The notes under the pieces: model-generated
Seen by the model: the letters and a program-made list of their open reading frames with translations, nothing else
Databases searched by the model: none
What the model was told of the DNA's origin: nothing
In this document: positions 20,095 through 29,988 of the stretch, piece after piece
Numbering within the stretch: position 1 is the stretch's first letter
Layout of the letters: each line of letters opens with the position of its first letter
Made by a program: the position numbers and the translations under genes
Assembly: GCA_001771185.1 (NCBI GenBank)
Contig: METB01000001.1
Coordinates: forward strand, 310,848-374,847
Direction: 5' to 3'
Length of the DNA stretch: 64,000 nt
Origin: a candidate division Kazan bacterium RIFCSPHIGHO2_01_FULL_44_14
Lineage (GTDB): Bacteria; Patescibacteriota; Kazan-3B-28

Positions 20095-20187
20095 AGGTTT
20101 ATTCTATCATCTTAATACTCCGCCTGGTTTGACAGAACATTACCAGTTAAACTAGAATCAAGTACGTTGAGTTGGAATCTTATGGGG

Positions 20188-20307
20188 ACCCCGAAATGGT
20201 CTAGTTCCGATGAATAGAGGAACGAACATTTTGGGGAAGAGGAGCAACGCCGAGTCCTAATAGGTCAGTGAGTTTACCGAACTGACCGTTAAGACGAGGC
20301 CGTTGCG
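20188..20307. repeat. 120-bp structured element, copy 1
   Basis: Identical to 30526-30645; hairpins ccccgaaatg/cattttgggg, ggtcagt/actgacc, gcaacg/cgttgc. Confidence 0.9.
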
Positions 20308-20372
20308 TCTTGGGTCCGTAGCTCCAGCCCGCAAAGCTACGCTTAGCGTTGCTGGCGGGTAGTGGTAAAGCA
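20306..20372 (+). pseudogene. Duplicated tRNA-Lys 5' fragment interrupted by a 36-nt hairpin
   Basis: cgtcttgggtccgtagct[36 nt]tagtggtaaagca matches 20608-20638. Confidence 0.85.
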
Positions 20373-20379
20373 ATAAATT

Positions 20380-20628
20380 ATGCACTACACCTATGTTCTA
20401 CAATCAAAACTAGACGGACATCTCTATGTGGGATGTACTGCTAACTTGATGGCTCGTATAGAGACGCACAACTCTGGTGCGGTATCGTCTACCCGTTCGC
20501 GTAGACCCTTAGAACTGGTGTATTATGAGGCATGTTTGTCTGAAAAGCTGGCACATACTCGGGAACAACAATTAAAAACAGGGTTTGGTCGAGCTTATTT
20601 AAAGAGACGTCTTGGGTCCGTAGCTTAG
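20380..20628 (+). CDS. Stand-alone GIY-YIG nuclease family protein
   Basis: YTYVL..LYVGCT..L..R...HN.G...ST..RRP..LVYYE......A..RE..LK; stop codon lies inside tRNA-Lys. Confidence 0.92.
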   Translation: MHYTYVLQSKLDGHLYVGCTANLMARIETHNSGAVSSTRSRRPLELVYYEACLSEKLAHTREQQLKTGFGRAYLKRRLGSVA

Positions 20629-20687
20629 TGGTAAAGCAGTTGCCTTTTAAGCAATTGATGCAGGTCCGATTCCTGCCGGACCCACCA
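20614..20687 (+). tRNA. tRNA-Lys(TTT)
   Basis: Cloverleaf GGGTCCG/CGGACCC, anticodon loop CTTTTAA, encoded CCA. Confidence 0.93.
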
Positions 20688-20690
20688 AAT

Positions 20691-20716
20691 AAAAATCCAC
20701 CGTCTGGTGGATTTTG
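20691..20716. terminator. Bidirectional intrinsic terminator
   Basis: aaaatccac-cgtctg-gtggatttt. Confidence 0.7.
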
Positions 20717-20787
20717 TATTTGAGTGTGGTTCGGTACGGAATTGGACCTTTGGCGTCAGCCAATAGGTTCGTTCACAAAGCCACCTT

Positions 20788-21702
20788 CTACATCGTTGGT
20801 TGCCAGTGGGCTAATTTGTCCAACAAATTTTGCCGATCAAGTTCCTCGGCAACACTAGGCGGATTAACTTTGATCCGCTCATTTTGACTGGTCAAACCAA
20901 AGTCGAGCATAAATGAAATGGGAACCCCTTCAATCAAGTAAATATCAGTCACTTTAATCCGAGCCAATTGGAAAGTGCGTTTGTTAATCCAAACATCTGC
21001 TGTGTAAGTAGTCAGCGAGTCCAACCCAGTCGGAACAGGGGAACCGGTAATTTGGCTAATCCGAGTAAGCAAAGATCGCAGATTATCGCCCTGGAGTTTG
21101 CCTTGATAATGATATGACCGTTGACCAAAAGCGGTTTCGTCTGGGAATGTCTGGGTCGCTTCCAATAAAGTTGAATCGGCGATTACATCATGGATCATTA
21201 ATGATTGCTCGGAGGTCAGCCCGCCTGATGTCGGCAAAGTGCCTAATTTATTGCCGTCACTGTCCAAACTAGGTTGTTTGATCCGATACCAACGGCTGTC
21301 AGCGCCAAGTGATATTGGTAGCAAAGTCGGAAGATCTAAGTCGGTTAATTTGAAATAAGTGTAGTCGGACAACCCGATCAATTGACCAGTTAATTTAATA
21401 TTGCCCTGATCAGAGGTGGCCTGGACATCGGCCTGCAAAGAAAATTGAGGAGTGGCTGGATCCTCATTAATCACATCCCCAGTCAAATGAAGTTGCGCAC
21501 TAGTAATTCTCCCGCCTAAAGCACTTGGAAGATTACCGGTTAAATTAAGCGTGGCATCGTAATGAAAACTCTGCAGGTCGGATGACGCTTGAGTGAACCG
21601 CTGGATTACTTCATCGGCGCTCAAGGTCTTAATCGAACAACCAGATAATAGCAATCCAACTGTTAGTATTAACGCCCCCAATTGTCGTCCTGGTCTAGTC
21701 AT
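20788..21702 (-). CDS. Lipoprotein (LppX/LprAFG-like fold inferred)
   Basis: Lipobox LLSGC; beta-rich, YHY, DVWI motifs. Confidence 0.7.
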   Translation of the reverse strand: MTRPGRQLGALILTVGLLLSGCSIKTLSADEVIQRFTQASSDLQSFHYDATLNLTGNLPSALGGRITSAQLHLTGDVINEDPATPQFSLQADVQATSDQGNIKLTGQLIGLSDYTYFKLTDLDLPTLLPISLGADSRWYRIKQPSLDSDGNKLGTLPTSGGLTSEQSLMIHDVIADSTLLEATQTFPDETAFGQRSYHYQGKLQGDNLRSLLTRISQITGSPVPTGLDSLTTYTADVWINKRTFQLARIKVTDIYLIEGVPISFMLDFGLTSQNERIKVNPPSVAEELDRQNLLDKLAHWQPTM

Positions 21703-21767
21703 ATTTATTATTATACCAGGGTGGAGTCAGCCGGTGATGGCTGTATAATGGAGCAGGAGGTGGGTCA

Positions 21768-22301
21768 ATGAACCTGCGGCAAATCAGCAGTATGAAAGAG
21801 GTGCCGGTTTTGGATTTAGAGACCGGTGATTTGCTGGGCCACATTGCCAGTTGGGTAATTCACCCCCGTGACCAGCGGATTGCCGCTTGGCTTTTGGGTA
21901 GAAATAAATTATTCCAAGCCCCCCTGGCAGTGGTGACTGCCGACATCGCTGAATACGGCCCCCGCATGGTGGTAGTGCGTGACAGCCAAACCGTAATCCG
22001 CCCCGACGAGGTGGTGGGACTACCTGAATTAATTACCGCCAGAATGGTGGTAGTGGGATTCCAGGCCACCACCGTACAAGGTCGGGTACTTGGATCAGTC
22101 ACCGATCTGGTATTTGATACAATTAGCTCCCAGATTCAACAATATTACATTCGGCCACAGAGTATGGCTGGGTTTTTACAAAATGATTTGGTGTTACCAG
22201 CCAACCAAGTGACCCGGATCGAATCCAATCGAGTGGTATTTTCCGAAGGAGTCGAAGCCATTCCGATAGTCAACCCGCGGAAACAAGTTCAAACTGCTTA
22301 G
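21768..22301 (+). CDS. Tandem PRC-barrel domain protein
   Basis: PV..L.TG..LG.I; G..LG.V.D..FD; TATAAT and GGAGG upstream. Confidence 0.75.
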   Translation: MNLRQISSMKEVPVLDLETGDLLGHIASWVIHPRDQRIAAWLLGRNKLFQAPLAVVTADIAEYGPRMVVVRDSQTVIRPDEVVGLPELITARMVVVGFQATTVQGRVLGSVTDLVFDTISSQIQQYYIRPQSMAGFLQNDLVLPANQVTRIESNRVVFSEGVEAIPIVNPRKQVQTA

Positions 22302-23002
22302 GTGATTTGAACGAAACCTAATTTTTGGAGTTCTTGCTTAACTTTGGAATAGTGAGGCAATTCTTGGAGTTTGGCAAACTCTTTTTTAACCACAATCGGC
22401 GAGAGTTTCTTGATTAGATTGGCGTGGGTTTTAATCGCCCTTAAAGTGGTGGGGTCGTATTTAAACCCAAGCAAATGCCGGAACCGAATGGCTCGGAGCA
22501 GACGGATTGGGTCTTCTTGGAATCGAATTGCCGGATCACCGATGACGCGAATGATTTTATTATTGATATCAGCCAAACCCCCGTGGTAATCGAAATATTT
22601 CCCTGACTTGGGATTTAAATAAATTGCATTGATAGTTAAATCGCGACGGGGAGCGTCTTCAGCAGCCACCGGTACAAATCGAATTGCATCTGGATAGCGT
22701 TTAACTTGTTCAAAATTGGTCCGATAAATATCCTGGCGAAAGGTAGCCACTTCATAAACCACATTATTGTAGCGAAACGACACCACCCCAAACCGTTCGT
22801 CCACCGAAGTCGGGATAATATGATTTTTTTTCAAAACACTAATCACTTGTTTAGGTTTAGCACTGGTAGCAATATCAACATCAAATCGATCTGACTCCAA
22901 TTTTAACAGCCGGTCCCGGACCTGATTCCCTACCAAATAAGCCGAGAACCCGGCATCCTGCAGCCAAAATACGGGAGTATTGATCTCTTGTCTACGCATC
23001 AA
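22298..23002 (-). CDS. Short CCA-adding enzyme/poly(A) polymerase family nucleotidyltransferase
   Basis: VGNQVRD, DVDIAT, EVATFR, EDAPRRDLTINA, EDPIRLLRAIRF; only 234 aa. Confidence 0.85.
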   Translation of the reverse strand: MMRRQEINTPVFWLQDAGFSAYLVGNQVRDRLLKLESDRFDVDIATSAKPKQVISVLKKNHIIPTSVDERFGVVSFRYNNVVYEVATFRQDIYRTNFEQVKRYPDAIRFVPVAAEDAPRRDLTINAIYLNPKSGKYFDYHGGLADINNKIIRVIGDPAIRFQEDPIRLLRAIRFRHLLGFKYDPTTLRAIKTHANLIKKLSPIVVKKEFAKLQELPHYSKVKQELQKLGFVQIT

Positions 23003-23780
23003 CTGGAAGATGAAAAATATGACGAGCGTTCATTGTGGTTGTGTCTTCAACTTGTTTAATTGGTAGTCCCTTGAGTTCGGCGATTTGTTTGGCCACTTCA
23101 GCAACATGAACCGGCTCTGACCGCTGACCTTTTAACTGCCAGGGCGGGAGATAAGGGCAATCTGTCTCAATTATAATCCGCTCAAGAGGAATTATCTTAA
23201 CGGCCTCTTGAAGAGAATCGTTCTTAGGGTAGGTGATTAAATTGTTTAAACCAATATAAAAGCCCAGCTTCAGAAACTTTTGGACATAAGTCGGTCCGGC
23301 GGCAAAAGAATGGATTACCCCTGGCAACCGGCCATTCAGACGGGGAAGATACTCTTGTTCTAGAACGCTTAGAACTTCTGTATAGGCATCTCGACAATGC
23401 AAAACTACTGGCTTTTCAACCTGCACGGCCAAGTTGAGTTGGGCCCGAAAAGCCACTAATTGATTATCGTGGCTGGAAATACTCCGGAAATAATCCAGTC
23501 CAATTTCGCCAATGGCCACCACTTTTTGGCTCCGAGCCAAGTTCCGAATCTGCTCGGCAACTGACGAGAAGTTATCCGCGTAATGAGGATGAACACCTAC
23601 GGTAGTATAGATTTCCCGATAACGATGGGCTAAATTTACGGACTCCTGCGAGGTGGTCAGGTCGGTGCCAACATTAACTAGCATCACAACCCCTTGGGTG
23701 AACGCTCGTTCAATCACCGTCTCCATGTCTTGACGAAACTCGGGAAAATTGAGATGGGTATGCGTATCAATTAACGCCAT
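22992..23780 (-). CDS. tatD: TatD family deoxyribonuclease
   Basis: DTHTH, GVHP, GEIGLDY, ETDCPYL. Confidence 0.93.
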   Translation of the reverse strand: MALIDTHTHLNFPEFRQDMETVIERAFTQGVVMLVNVGTDLTTSQESVNLAHRYREIYTTVGVHPHYADNFSSVAEQIRNLARSQKVVAIGEIGLDYFRSISSHDNQLVAFRAQLNLAVQVEKPVVLHCRDAYTEVLSVLEQEYLPRLNGRLPGVIHSFAAGPTYVQKFLKLGFYIGLNNLITYPKNDSLQEAVKIIPLERIIIETDCPYLPPWQLKGQRSEPVHVAEVAKQIAELKGLPIKQVEDTTTMNARHIFHLPVDA

Positions 23781-23782
23781 AA

Positions 23783-24631
23783 TCACTTGATCAAACTGAC
23801 CCAGACGACTAACCCGGCAATCACTACACTAGCAATTATATTTTTCATTCGCCACTGCTCATACAGAAATAGAACCGACAAGACATAAACTAGAATAGGG
23901 GAGAGGGTAAAAATAAAAATTGTTTCGCTGACACTCCGGGCGACAAAAGCCATGTAAGTGGCTGTCATGGAAGCAACTGCCAGAGCCCCAAGTATGCCAA
24001 AAATAGCCCAGTGGTGGGGCTTGATAATTTTAAAATTGGGCCAAGCCACCAATGATAAAGTTATTAGCACGAAACTTGAGCGAATTAGATAAAGGGCAAT
24101 CGGTTCGTAAACGGTGAGTAGGGTTTTCACGGCCGAGGCCTCCAACCCATAAATCAAAGAGAACCCAATAATCGCCATCAGACCACGAGTTAGGGTCAGT
24201 TTATGTTTATGCCAATGGCTCCAGACCAAGATAACACTAGCAATGGCGGCCGCAACATAGACCAACCAAATCCGTTCACTCGGATAAAACAAACCAGCAA
24301 TCAAAATTGCCACAAGCGGATTAAACAGCAAAAATGGTTCGACTTCAGAAATCTTTTCCCGCTCGATTGCCCAATAAAACAGTAAATTAGCAGCGGTAGC
24401 CAAAAGAATCACCCCGACCAGCAATTGCCAGACCGACTGCATCTGGGCGGGGGTTGGCCAATGCACAAAAAACGGGGCGGTCATCAGCAGTACAAATACG
24501 ATTCCGACAAATTGCAGCCAATTAAATTCCCGACTGGTCAACCGGCCATATCGGCGAAAAAAACTTTTGACGATGGTCATATACGACGCATCGGCCAATA
24601 CCGCGATAATGGGGAGAAGGATAACCGGCAT
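23783..24631 (-). CDS. DMT/EamA family transporter
   Basis: About 10 TM helices in two repeats. Confidence 0.75.
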   Translation of the reverse strand: MPVILLPIIAVLADASYMTIVKSFFRRYGRLTSREFNWLQFVGIVFVLLMTAPFFVHWPTPAQMQSVWQLLVGVILLATAANLLFYWAIEREKISEVEPFLLFNPLVAILIAGLFYPSERIWLVYVAAAIASVILVWSHWHKHKLTLTRGLMAIIGFSLIYGLEASAVKTLLTVYEPIALYLIRSSFVLITLSLVAWPNFKIIKPHHWAIFGILGALAVASMTATYMAFVARSVSETIFIFTLSPILVYVLSVLFLYEQWRMKNIIASVVIAGLVVWVSLIK

Positions 24632-26137
24632 TTAATTTTGCTTAGGAAATAAAATTTCTGATTGGCCAAGTTGATGACCTTCAAGCAATCCGCCCCACTG
24701 GGTCTCTTTGACAAAATCGAAAGCATCTGGATTGATTGGTTCAAGCCCAAGTTGACGACGAATCCGGTCAGAGGTGGTGGGAAGAAAGGGATAAAGCATG
24801 ATACTGATTTGTCGCAAACTTTCAAGCATTTGGTATAAATCGTTGCCAACCGCATCGGGCTGGGTCTTAACCAGTTCCCACGGTTTAGTGGTATCAATAT
24901 ATTTGTTGCCTTCACTTACCATGGTCAACACGCTCTGAAGCGCAGCGTCTAACTCTAGCCCATCCATATGGTTTTGGTAGACACCCCATGATGGATTGAG
25001 CGAGACCGACGACACAGACGCCGGGACTTTATCGCCACAATATTTTTCAGCCATCATTAAGATCCGACTGACCAAATTACCTAAATCATTAGCCAACGCA
25101 GAATTATAAATTTCTTCAAATCGGATAGCAGAATAATCGCCATCACCCAGAGTGGGAATTTCTCGAAGTAGATAATACCGCACCGCATCTACCCCCCAAC
25201 GGTCGATTAACTCGACCGGATCCACAACATTGCCAAACGATTTACTCATTTTCTGACCATCAGACAAAATATGGCCGTGGACTAAGATTTGCTTTGGCAG
25301 AACCTCGCCAATGCTGGTTAGCATCGCTGGCCAGAACAGAGCATGGAACCGAAGGATGTCTTTCCCGATTACATGGACATCGGCCGGCCAGTATTTTTTA
25401 AATTTGGCCGGATTGTCAACATAGCCGATAGCGCTGATGTAATTAGTCAAAGCGTCGGGCCAGACATACATCACTTGTGAATCATCACCGGGCACTGGTA
25501 CACCCCAAGATAATTTTTCTTTGGGACGAGAAAAACTGATGTCGGTCAAACCGGCGTTTACAAAATTCAACATCTCTTTTACCCGATGAGTCGGCAAGAT
25601 GAAAGTGGGTTGCTCAAGAATCTTAGTTAATCGATCCTGATACTTCCCCAACTTGAACATATAGTTATCCTCCTCTAATTGGATAACCTTTTTATTGGCA
25701 TATTCGAGCGATTCGGCCTCGGTCTTGGTAATATAGGCCTCATCATTAACGCAATAATAGCCAGAGTAATGTCCCATTTCGATGTCGCCGTTGGCGACCA
25801 GTTTCTCCCAAACCCTTTGGGCCGTTGGCCAGTGACGCTTTTGATCTGTCGTCCGGATAAGGTCGGTATTGGAAATATTTAACCGCTGAATCAGGGTCTG
25901 GACTGATTCAGCCACTTCATCCACCCAGGTCTGCGGTGCCTTACCCTGCTCAATCGCTTTGTCATAAACCTTCACGCCGTGTTCATCGGTGCCAGTCAGG
26001 AAGTAGACATCATGGCCTTGTAACCGTTTCCACCGAGCGATAGCATCGGCTTGCAGCAATTCCAATGCAAACCCAATGTGGGGCTTAGCGTTGGAATAGA
26101 GAATGGAAGTAGTGATATAGAATTTTGGTTTGTCCAT
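24632..26137 (-). CDS. metG: Methionine--tRNA ligase
   Basis: HIGF, TGTDEHG, YVWPDAL, GKDILRFH, KMSKS. Confidence 0.97.
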   Translation of the reverse strand: MDKPKFYITTSILYSNAKPHIGFALELLQADAIARWKRLQGHDVYFLTGTDEHGVKVYDKAIEQGKAPQTWVDEVAESVQTLIQRLNISNTDLIRTTDQKRHWPTAQRVWEKLVANGDIEMGHYSGYYCVNDEAYITKTEAESLEYANKKVIQLEEDNYMFKLGKYQDRLTKILEQPTFILPTHRVKEMLNFVNAGLTDISFSRPKEKLSWGVPVPGDDSQVMYVWPDALTNYISAIGYVDNPAKFKKYWPADVHVIGKDILRFHALFWPAMLTSIGEVLPKQILVHGHILSDGQKMSKSFGNVVDPVELIDRWGVDAVRYYLLREIPTLGDGDYSAIRFEEIYNSALANDLGNLVSRILMMAEKYCGDKVPASVSSVSLNPSWGVYQNHMDGLELDAALQSVLTMVSEGNKYIDTTKPWELVKTQPDAVGNDLYQMLESLRQISIMLYPFLPTTSDRIRRQLGLEPINPDAFDFVKETQWGGLLEGHQLGQSEILFPKQN

Positions 26138-26211
26138 AAAATCTGCTTCTAGGGCTAATTTTAATTCGTCCTCATTATATCGTAATCATCCATTTTGGGT
26201 ACAATAAGGAT

Positions 26212-26853
26212 ATGGTACAAGTGACTAAACTAAGTGTTCAGGTCCATAACCCCAACCGCGCCAATCTGTATGTGGACGGCAAATTTTATAAGGGCTTAGA
26301 CAAAATCGTGGCGGTCCGGCTGGGTCTAAGACCCGGTCTAACCCTAACTCCATTTTTAATTAGTCAGTTAGACCAACAACAGACCGCCAGCAGCGCCTGG
26401 GAGTTTGCCTTGCGCTCACTCCAACGCAGTCCCAAAAGTGTGAGCACTATGCGACGCAAACTGCAAGACAAGCTGTTCCCCGATGAGGTAGTCAATCAAA
26501 CAATCCAACGGCTAATCGATGGGAAAATTTTGGATGATGATTTGTTGGCTAATAATCTGGTGCGTTATTACAGCGCCAATGGCAAGCGCAGTCGTAAACA
26601 AATTTGGGCGTTACTCAAAACAAAACAGTTACCGACTTCGGTCATAAACGAGGCCTTGGCGAATATCGATGGGGGACAAGAATTTTTGGCCGCTCACAAA
26701 TTGGCCCAGCAAAAAAATCACCAGTGGCGAGAATTAGGATTCAAAGTCCGCCAACAAAAGATTGCTGGTTACTTAAACCAGCGAGGGTTCCAATACGCCG
26801 TAATCAAGCAAGTCATTGACCATAACCAACTAGATGCCGAGGAGTCGGCTTAA
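26212..26853 (+). CDS. recX: Regulatory protein RecX
   Basis: R.NLYVDGKF N-terminus, LDD..A, YL..RGF C-terminus. Confidence 0.85.
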   Translation: MVQVTKLSVQVHNPNRANLYVDGKFYKGLDKIVAVRLGLRPGLTLTPFLISQLDQQQTASSAWEFALRSLQRSPKSVSTMRRKLQDKLFPDEVVNQTIQRLIDGKILDDDLLANNLVRYYSANGKRSRKQIWALLKTKQLPTSVINEALANIDGGQEFLAAHKLAQQKNHQWRELGFKVRQQKIAGYLNQRGFQYAVIKQVIDHNQLDAEESA

Positions 26854-27084
26854 CCGGAGTTGATCAAAACCCACTACAACTTGTTCAGTCCCGTTGGCTA
26901 ATTTAATCACGCTAACTGGCACTGCCATCTGTTGGCTTTTTTGGACCATCTCTTTGCGAGCTTCCATGTCAGTCGCCACGTCTTTATTTTCAAAAGTCAC
27001 ACCATTAGTCGTTAGCCACTCTCTCAAGAGATGACAATAGTGGCAAGTGGGAGTGGAATAGATAGTAAAACCGGTAATTGGCAT
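26830..27084 (-). CDS. Glutaredoxin/NrdH-like redoxin
   Basis: IYSTPTCHYC, VPV, VVGFD. Confidence 0.9.
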   Translation of the reverse strand: MPITGFTIYSTPTCHYCHLLREWLTTNGVTFENKDVATDMEARKEMVQKSQQMAVPVSVIKLANGTEQVVVGFDQLRLSRLLGI

Positions 27085-27165
27085 GGCAAAAAATTAATGG
27101 GATTATAATCCGACCATCATCGCATTTTGCGGGACCCCGCCATCGGCGGTGGCAAATCGGCTTAC

Positions 27166-28425
27166 TTAGTGTATCACGCCCCTTAGACGCATGGCGGTAA
27201 GAAGCCGAGTCGCTCCGACAATATAAGCCCCAGTCCGGAAATCCACATTGTGGGTGGCCGAGGCCTGCGCTACATCAGCAAAAGCCGTATATATAATTTG
27301 ACGAAGGCGGACTTGGATGTCACTTTCCGACCAATAGAAGTTTTGCTGATTTTGAACCCATTCGAAATAACTCACTACCACACCGCCGATATTGGCTAGA
27401 ATGTCCGGGACCACGACAATGTCTCGCTGACTCAATAGTTCATCGGCTTCAGAGGTGACTGGGTGGTTGGCTAGTTCCAAAACTATCTTGGCTTGAACTT
27501 CTTTCTGATTTACCGCTGTTACCTGATTTTCGAGTGCAGCCAACACCAAAATATCAACCGGTAAAGCCAGTAATTCCGAGTTGGTTAGATTGTGAGTATA
27601 CTCGGCGTTTTCAACCGAACCAGTTTTTTCTTTATGCTGAAGCACATCTAAAATGTCCAAACCGGTTTGATGATAAACCGCACTATGAGTATCACTAATC
27701 GCTATGACACGATACCGACTGTCTTCAGACAAAAGTCGAGCCAACCCACCACCCACATTGCCTACCCCCTGGATCGCTACAGTTAAGGGATGTTTTTTGA
27801 TGTTGAGATGATCCAATAACTTGTCCAAAACATATTTCCCGCCCAGCGAAGTAGCCGAGTTCCGACCTTGAGAACCAAACAAGCTTAAGGGTTTACCAGT
27901 GATTACTCCTGGGCTGCTAAAACCCACCATTCTCTCGTATTCATCCAACATCCATCCCATCGTGGCTGAATCCGTGTTTATATCCGGCGCTGGAATATCT
28001 CTGGTCGGACCAAGACATTGACCAAAAGCCCGAATGTAAGCCCGGGCGACCCGCTCTCGTTCGGTTGCGGAAAGAGTCCGACCATCGATTCGAACACCGC
28101 CCTTGGATCCGCCCAAAGGAATATTGGCAACTGCGGTTTTAAAGGCCATCAGTCCAGCCAGAGTAGTCACTTCGGCCAAGTCCACATCGGAGTGGAATCG
28201 AATACCGCCCTTATACGGACCGCGAGCGTTACTGTATTGAACTCGCCAGGCCGGCACGACGATGGTTTGGCCGTCATCCATATCGATTGACAGTTGGGCC
28301 GTGTAAGTATGATCGGGATGTAAAAAAAGTTGGCCAGTGGCATCGTTAACTGATAATAGTTTGAAGGCGGTTTGAGCGGCTGTCGGCAAAACAACTCCCA
28401 ATGGTGTTAGCATCACTTTAGGCAT
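27166..28425 (-). CDS. gdhA: Glu/Leu/Phe/Val dehydrogenase (glutamate dehydrogenase)
   Basis: GPYKGGIRF, GGSKGG, DIPAPD, TGKP, QGVGNVG, VSYFEWVQN. Confidence 0.92.
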   Translation of the reverse strand: MPKVMLTPLGVVLPTAAQTAFKLLSVNDATGQLFLHPDHTYTAQLSIDMDDGQTIVVPAWRVQYSNARGPYKGGIRFHSDVDLAEVTTLAGLMAFKTAVANIPLGGSKGGVRIDGRTLSATERERVARAYIRAFGQCLGPTRDIPAPDINTDSATMGWMLDEYERMVGFSSPGVITGKPLSLFGSQGRNSATSLGGKYVLDKLLDHLNIKKHPLTVAIQGVGNVGGGLARLLSEDSRYRVIAISDTHSAVYHQTGLDILDVLQHKEKTGSVENAEYTHNLTNSELLALPVDILVLAALENQVTAVNQKEVQAKIVLELANHPVTSEADELLSQRDIVVVPDILANIGGVVVSYFEWVQNQQNFYWSESDIQVRLRQIIYTAFADVAQASATHNVDFRTGAYIVGATRLLTAMRLRGVIH

Positions 28426-28435
28426 AACAAGTAGA

Positions 28436-29383
28436 TTATTTAATATATCCTTGATCGGCAAATCGGTCACCCGGATGGCGTCCTTGCAAATAATTGTAGG
28501 CGGCTAATGCGGCCTTGGCGCCCTCACCAGCCGAAATTACAGTTTGCTTAAACGGCACAATCGTTACATCACCGGCGGCGAATAGACCAGAACAACTGGT
28601 CTGATTGAAATTATCTACCATAATTTCTCCAGCATCATTTAATTGGACCAGGTCTTTCACGAAGTCGGTAAAGATTTGCTGACCGACTTCCACAAACACT
28701 CCTTCGACTGGCAACTCTTTTGGCCCGGTCGGAGTGATGACCCTCACGGCATTGACGAATTGATCACCCTTAATTTCCTGAACCGTGCTATTCAAAACTA
28801 GTTCAATTTTGGAATCGGCTTTAACTCGATCAATTAAAATCTCTTCGGCTCGAAACTCGTTGCGCCGATGAATCAGATAAATTTTACTAGCGATCTTAGA
28901 CAAAAGAATAACCGCATCCATAGCCGAGTTACCACCACCAACCACCGCTACCGTCTTGCCCTCAAATAGGGGAGCGTCACAAGTAGCACAATAAACTACA
29001 CCCTTGTTCATAAATTCGGTTTCTCCAGGGACATCCAAATGACGATGACTTTTGCCGAAAGCCAAGATTAGCGCCTTGGCATGATACTCCTCACCCAATT
29101 CACCGAGCAACACAAATCCATTCTCGGCTTTGTCAATTTTGGTTACTCCTTCCAATCTAATTTCGGCGCCAAATTTTTGGGCCTGCTTAGCAAACCGGCT
29201 CATCAAATCTGGTCCGGTTGAAAAGTCCACTCCGGGGTAATTTTCAATATCCATCGTGGTCGCGGTTTGGCCACCTAGATCCCGACTCAATACTAAAGTC
29301 GAGAGTTTGCGCCGAGTAGAGTAAAGTGCGGCGCTTAAACCAGCTGCCCCGGCCCCCACGATAATCACATCATAGTTTTTCAT
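28436..29383 (-). CDS. trxB: Thioredoxin-disulfide reductase
   Basis: GAGAAG, IENYPG, CATCD, GGGNSA, FAAGD. Confidence 0.93.
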   Translation of the reverse strand: MKNYDVIIVGAGAAGLSAALYSTRRKLSTLVLSRDLGGQTATTMDIENYPGVDFSTGPDLMSRFAKQAQKFGAEIRLEGVTKIDKAENGFVLLGELGEEYHAKALILAFGKSHRHLDVPGETEFMNKGVVYCATCDAPLFEGKTVAVVGGGNSAMDAVILLSKIASKIYLIHRRNEFRAEEILIDRVKADSKIELVLNSTVQEIKGDQFVNAVRVITPTGPKELPVEGVFVEVGQQIFTDFVKDLVQLNDAGEIMVDNFNQTSCSGLFAAGDVTIVPFKQTVISAGEGAKAALAAYNYLQGRHPGDRFADQGYIK

Positions 29384-29528
29384 CCCAGTAGAAGATTTTA
29401 GATGATAATACTCTTTCTGATTATGCAATCAAGTAGTACCGTTTGAACAGCAGATATTAAATATAACCTGTTAGTTGACCAAATACTTTGTATTATCAGC
29501 CTAATCAAATCTAAAATTCTCTACTGGG
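29384..29528. mobile_element. MITE-like element at trxB start codon (3-bp duplication ATG)
   Basis: TIRs cccagtagaagattttagat / atctaaaattctctactggg, flanked by cat on both sides. Confidence 0.75.
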
Positions 29529-29570
29529 CATGGCCACCCCATTATAACAATGTCGGCAAATCCACAGACC

Positions 29571-29604
29571 AAAAGCCCTCCTGCTATACAGCAGGAGGGC
29601 TTTT
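29571..29604 (-). terminator. Intrinsic terminator built on the CTGCT..AGCAG hairpin
   Basis: aaaagccctcctgct-atac-agcaggagggctttt. Confidence 0.75.
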
Positions 29605-29619
29605 GAAAATAGACCTTAA

Positions 29620-29838
29620 TTAGAACTCTTCTTCGTCGCTTTCCTTTGTTTCTTCTTTATCTTTGTCTGTGTCAATGACTTCCTCTTCCTCATCATCATC
29701 GTCATCATCATCGTCTAAATCAATGTCGCTATCAGCATCACCATCGGCACCGATGACTGGCGGAGTGGCAACAACATCGTCATCGCTAAATTCAGGGTCC
29801 AGTCCATCATTAGTAATCTTAATGTCTTCGTCGTTCAT
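29620..29838 (-). CDS. Small highly acidic protein
   Basis: 72 aa, about 50% D/E; own TTGACA-17-TAAACT promoter and terminator. Confidence 0.7.
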   Translation of the reverse strand: MNDEDIKITNDGLDPEFSDDDVVATPPVIGADGDADSDIDLDDDDDDDDEEEEVIDTDKDKEETKESDEEEF

Positions 29839-29988
29839 AATATCTCTCTTTGATTTAAAATAATACTCAAACTTGGTTCGACCCTAAAGCGCTACTTCTC
29901 AAATTAGGAAGAGAGCGCATATTGCTTAATTTGCATACAATGCCGAGTTTATAGATACCTAAAATGGGTGTCAACAAGTTTTTTGACG

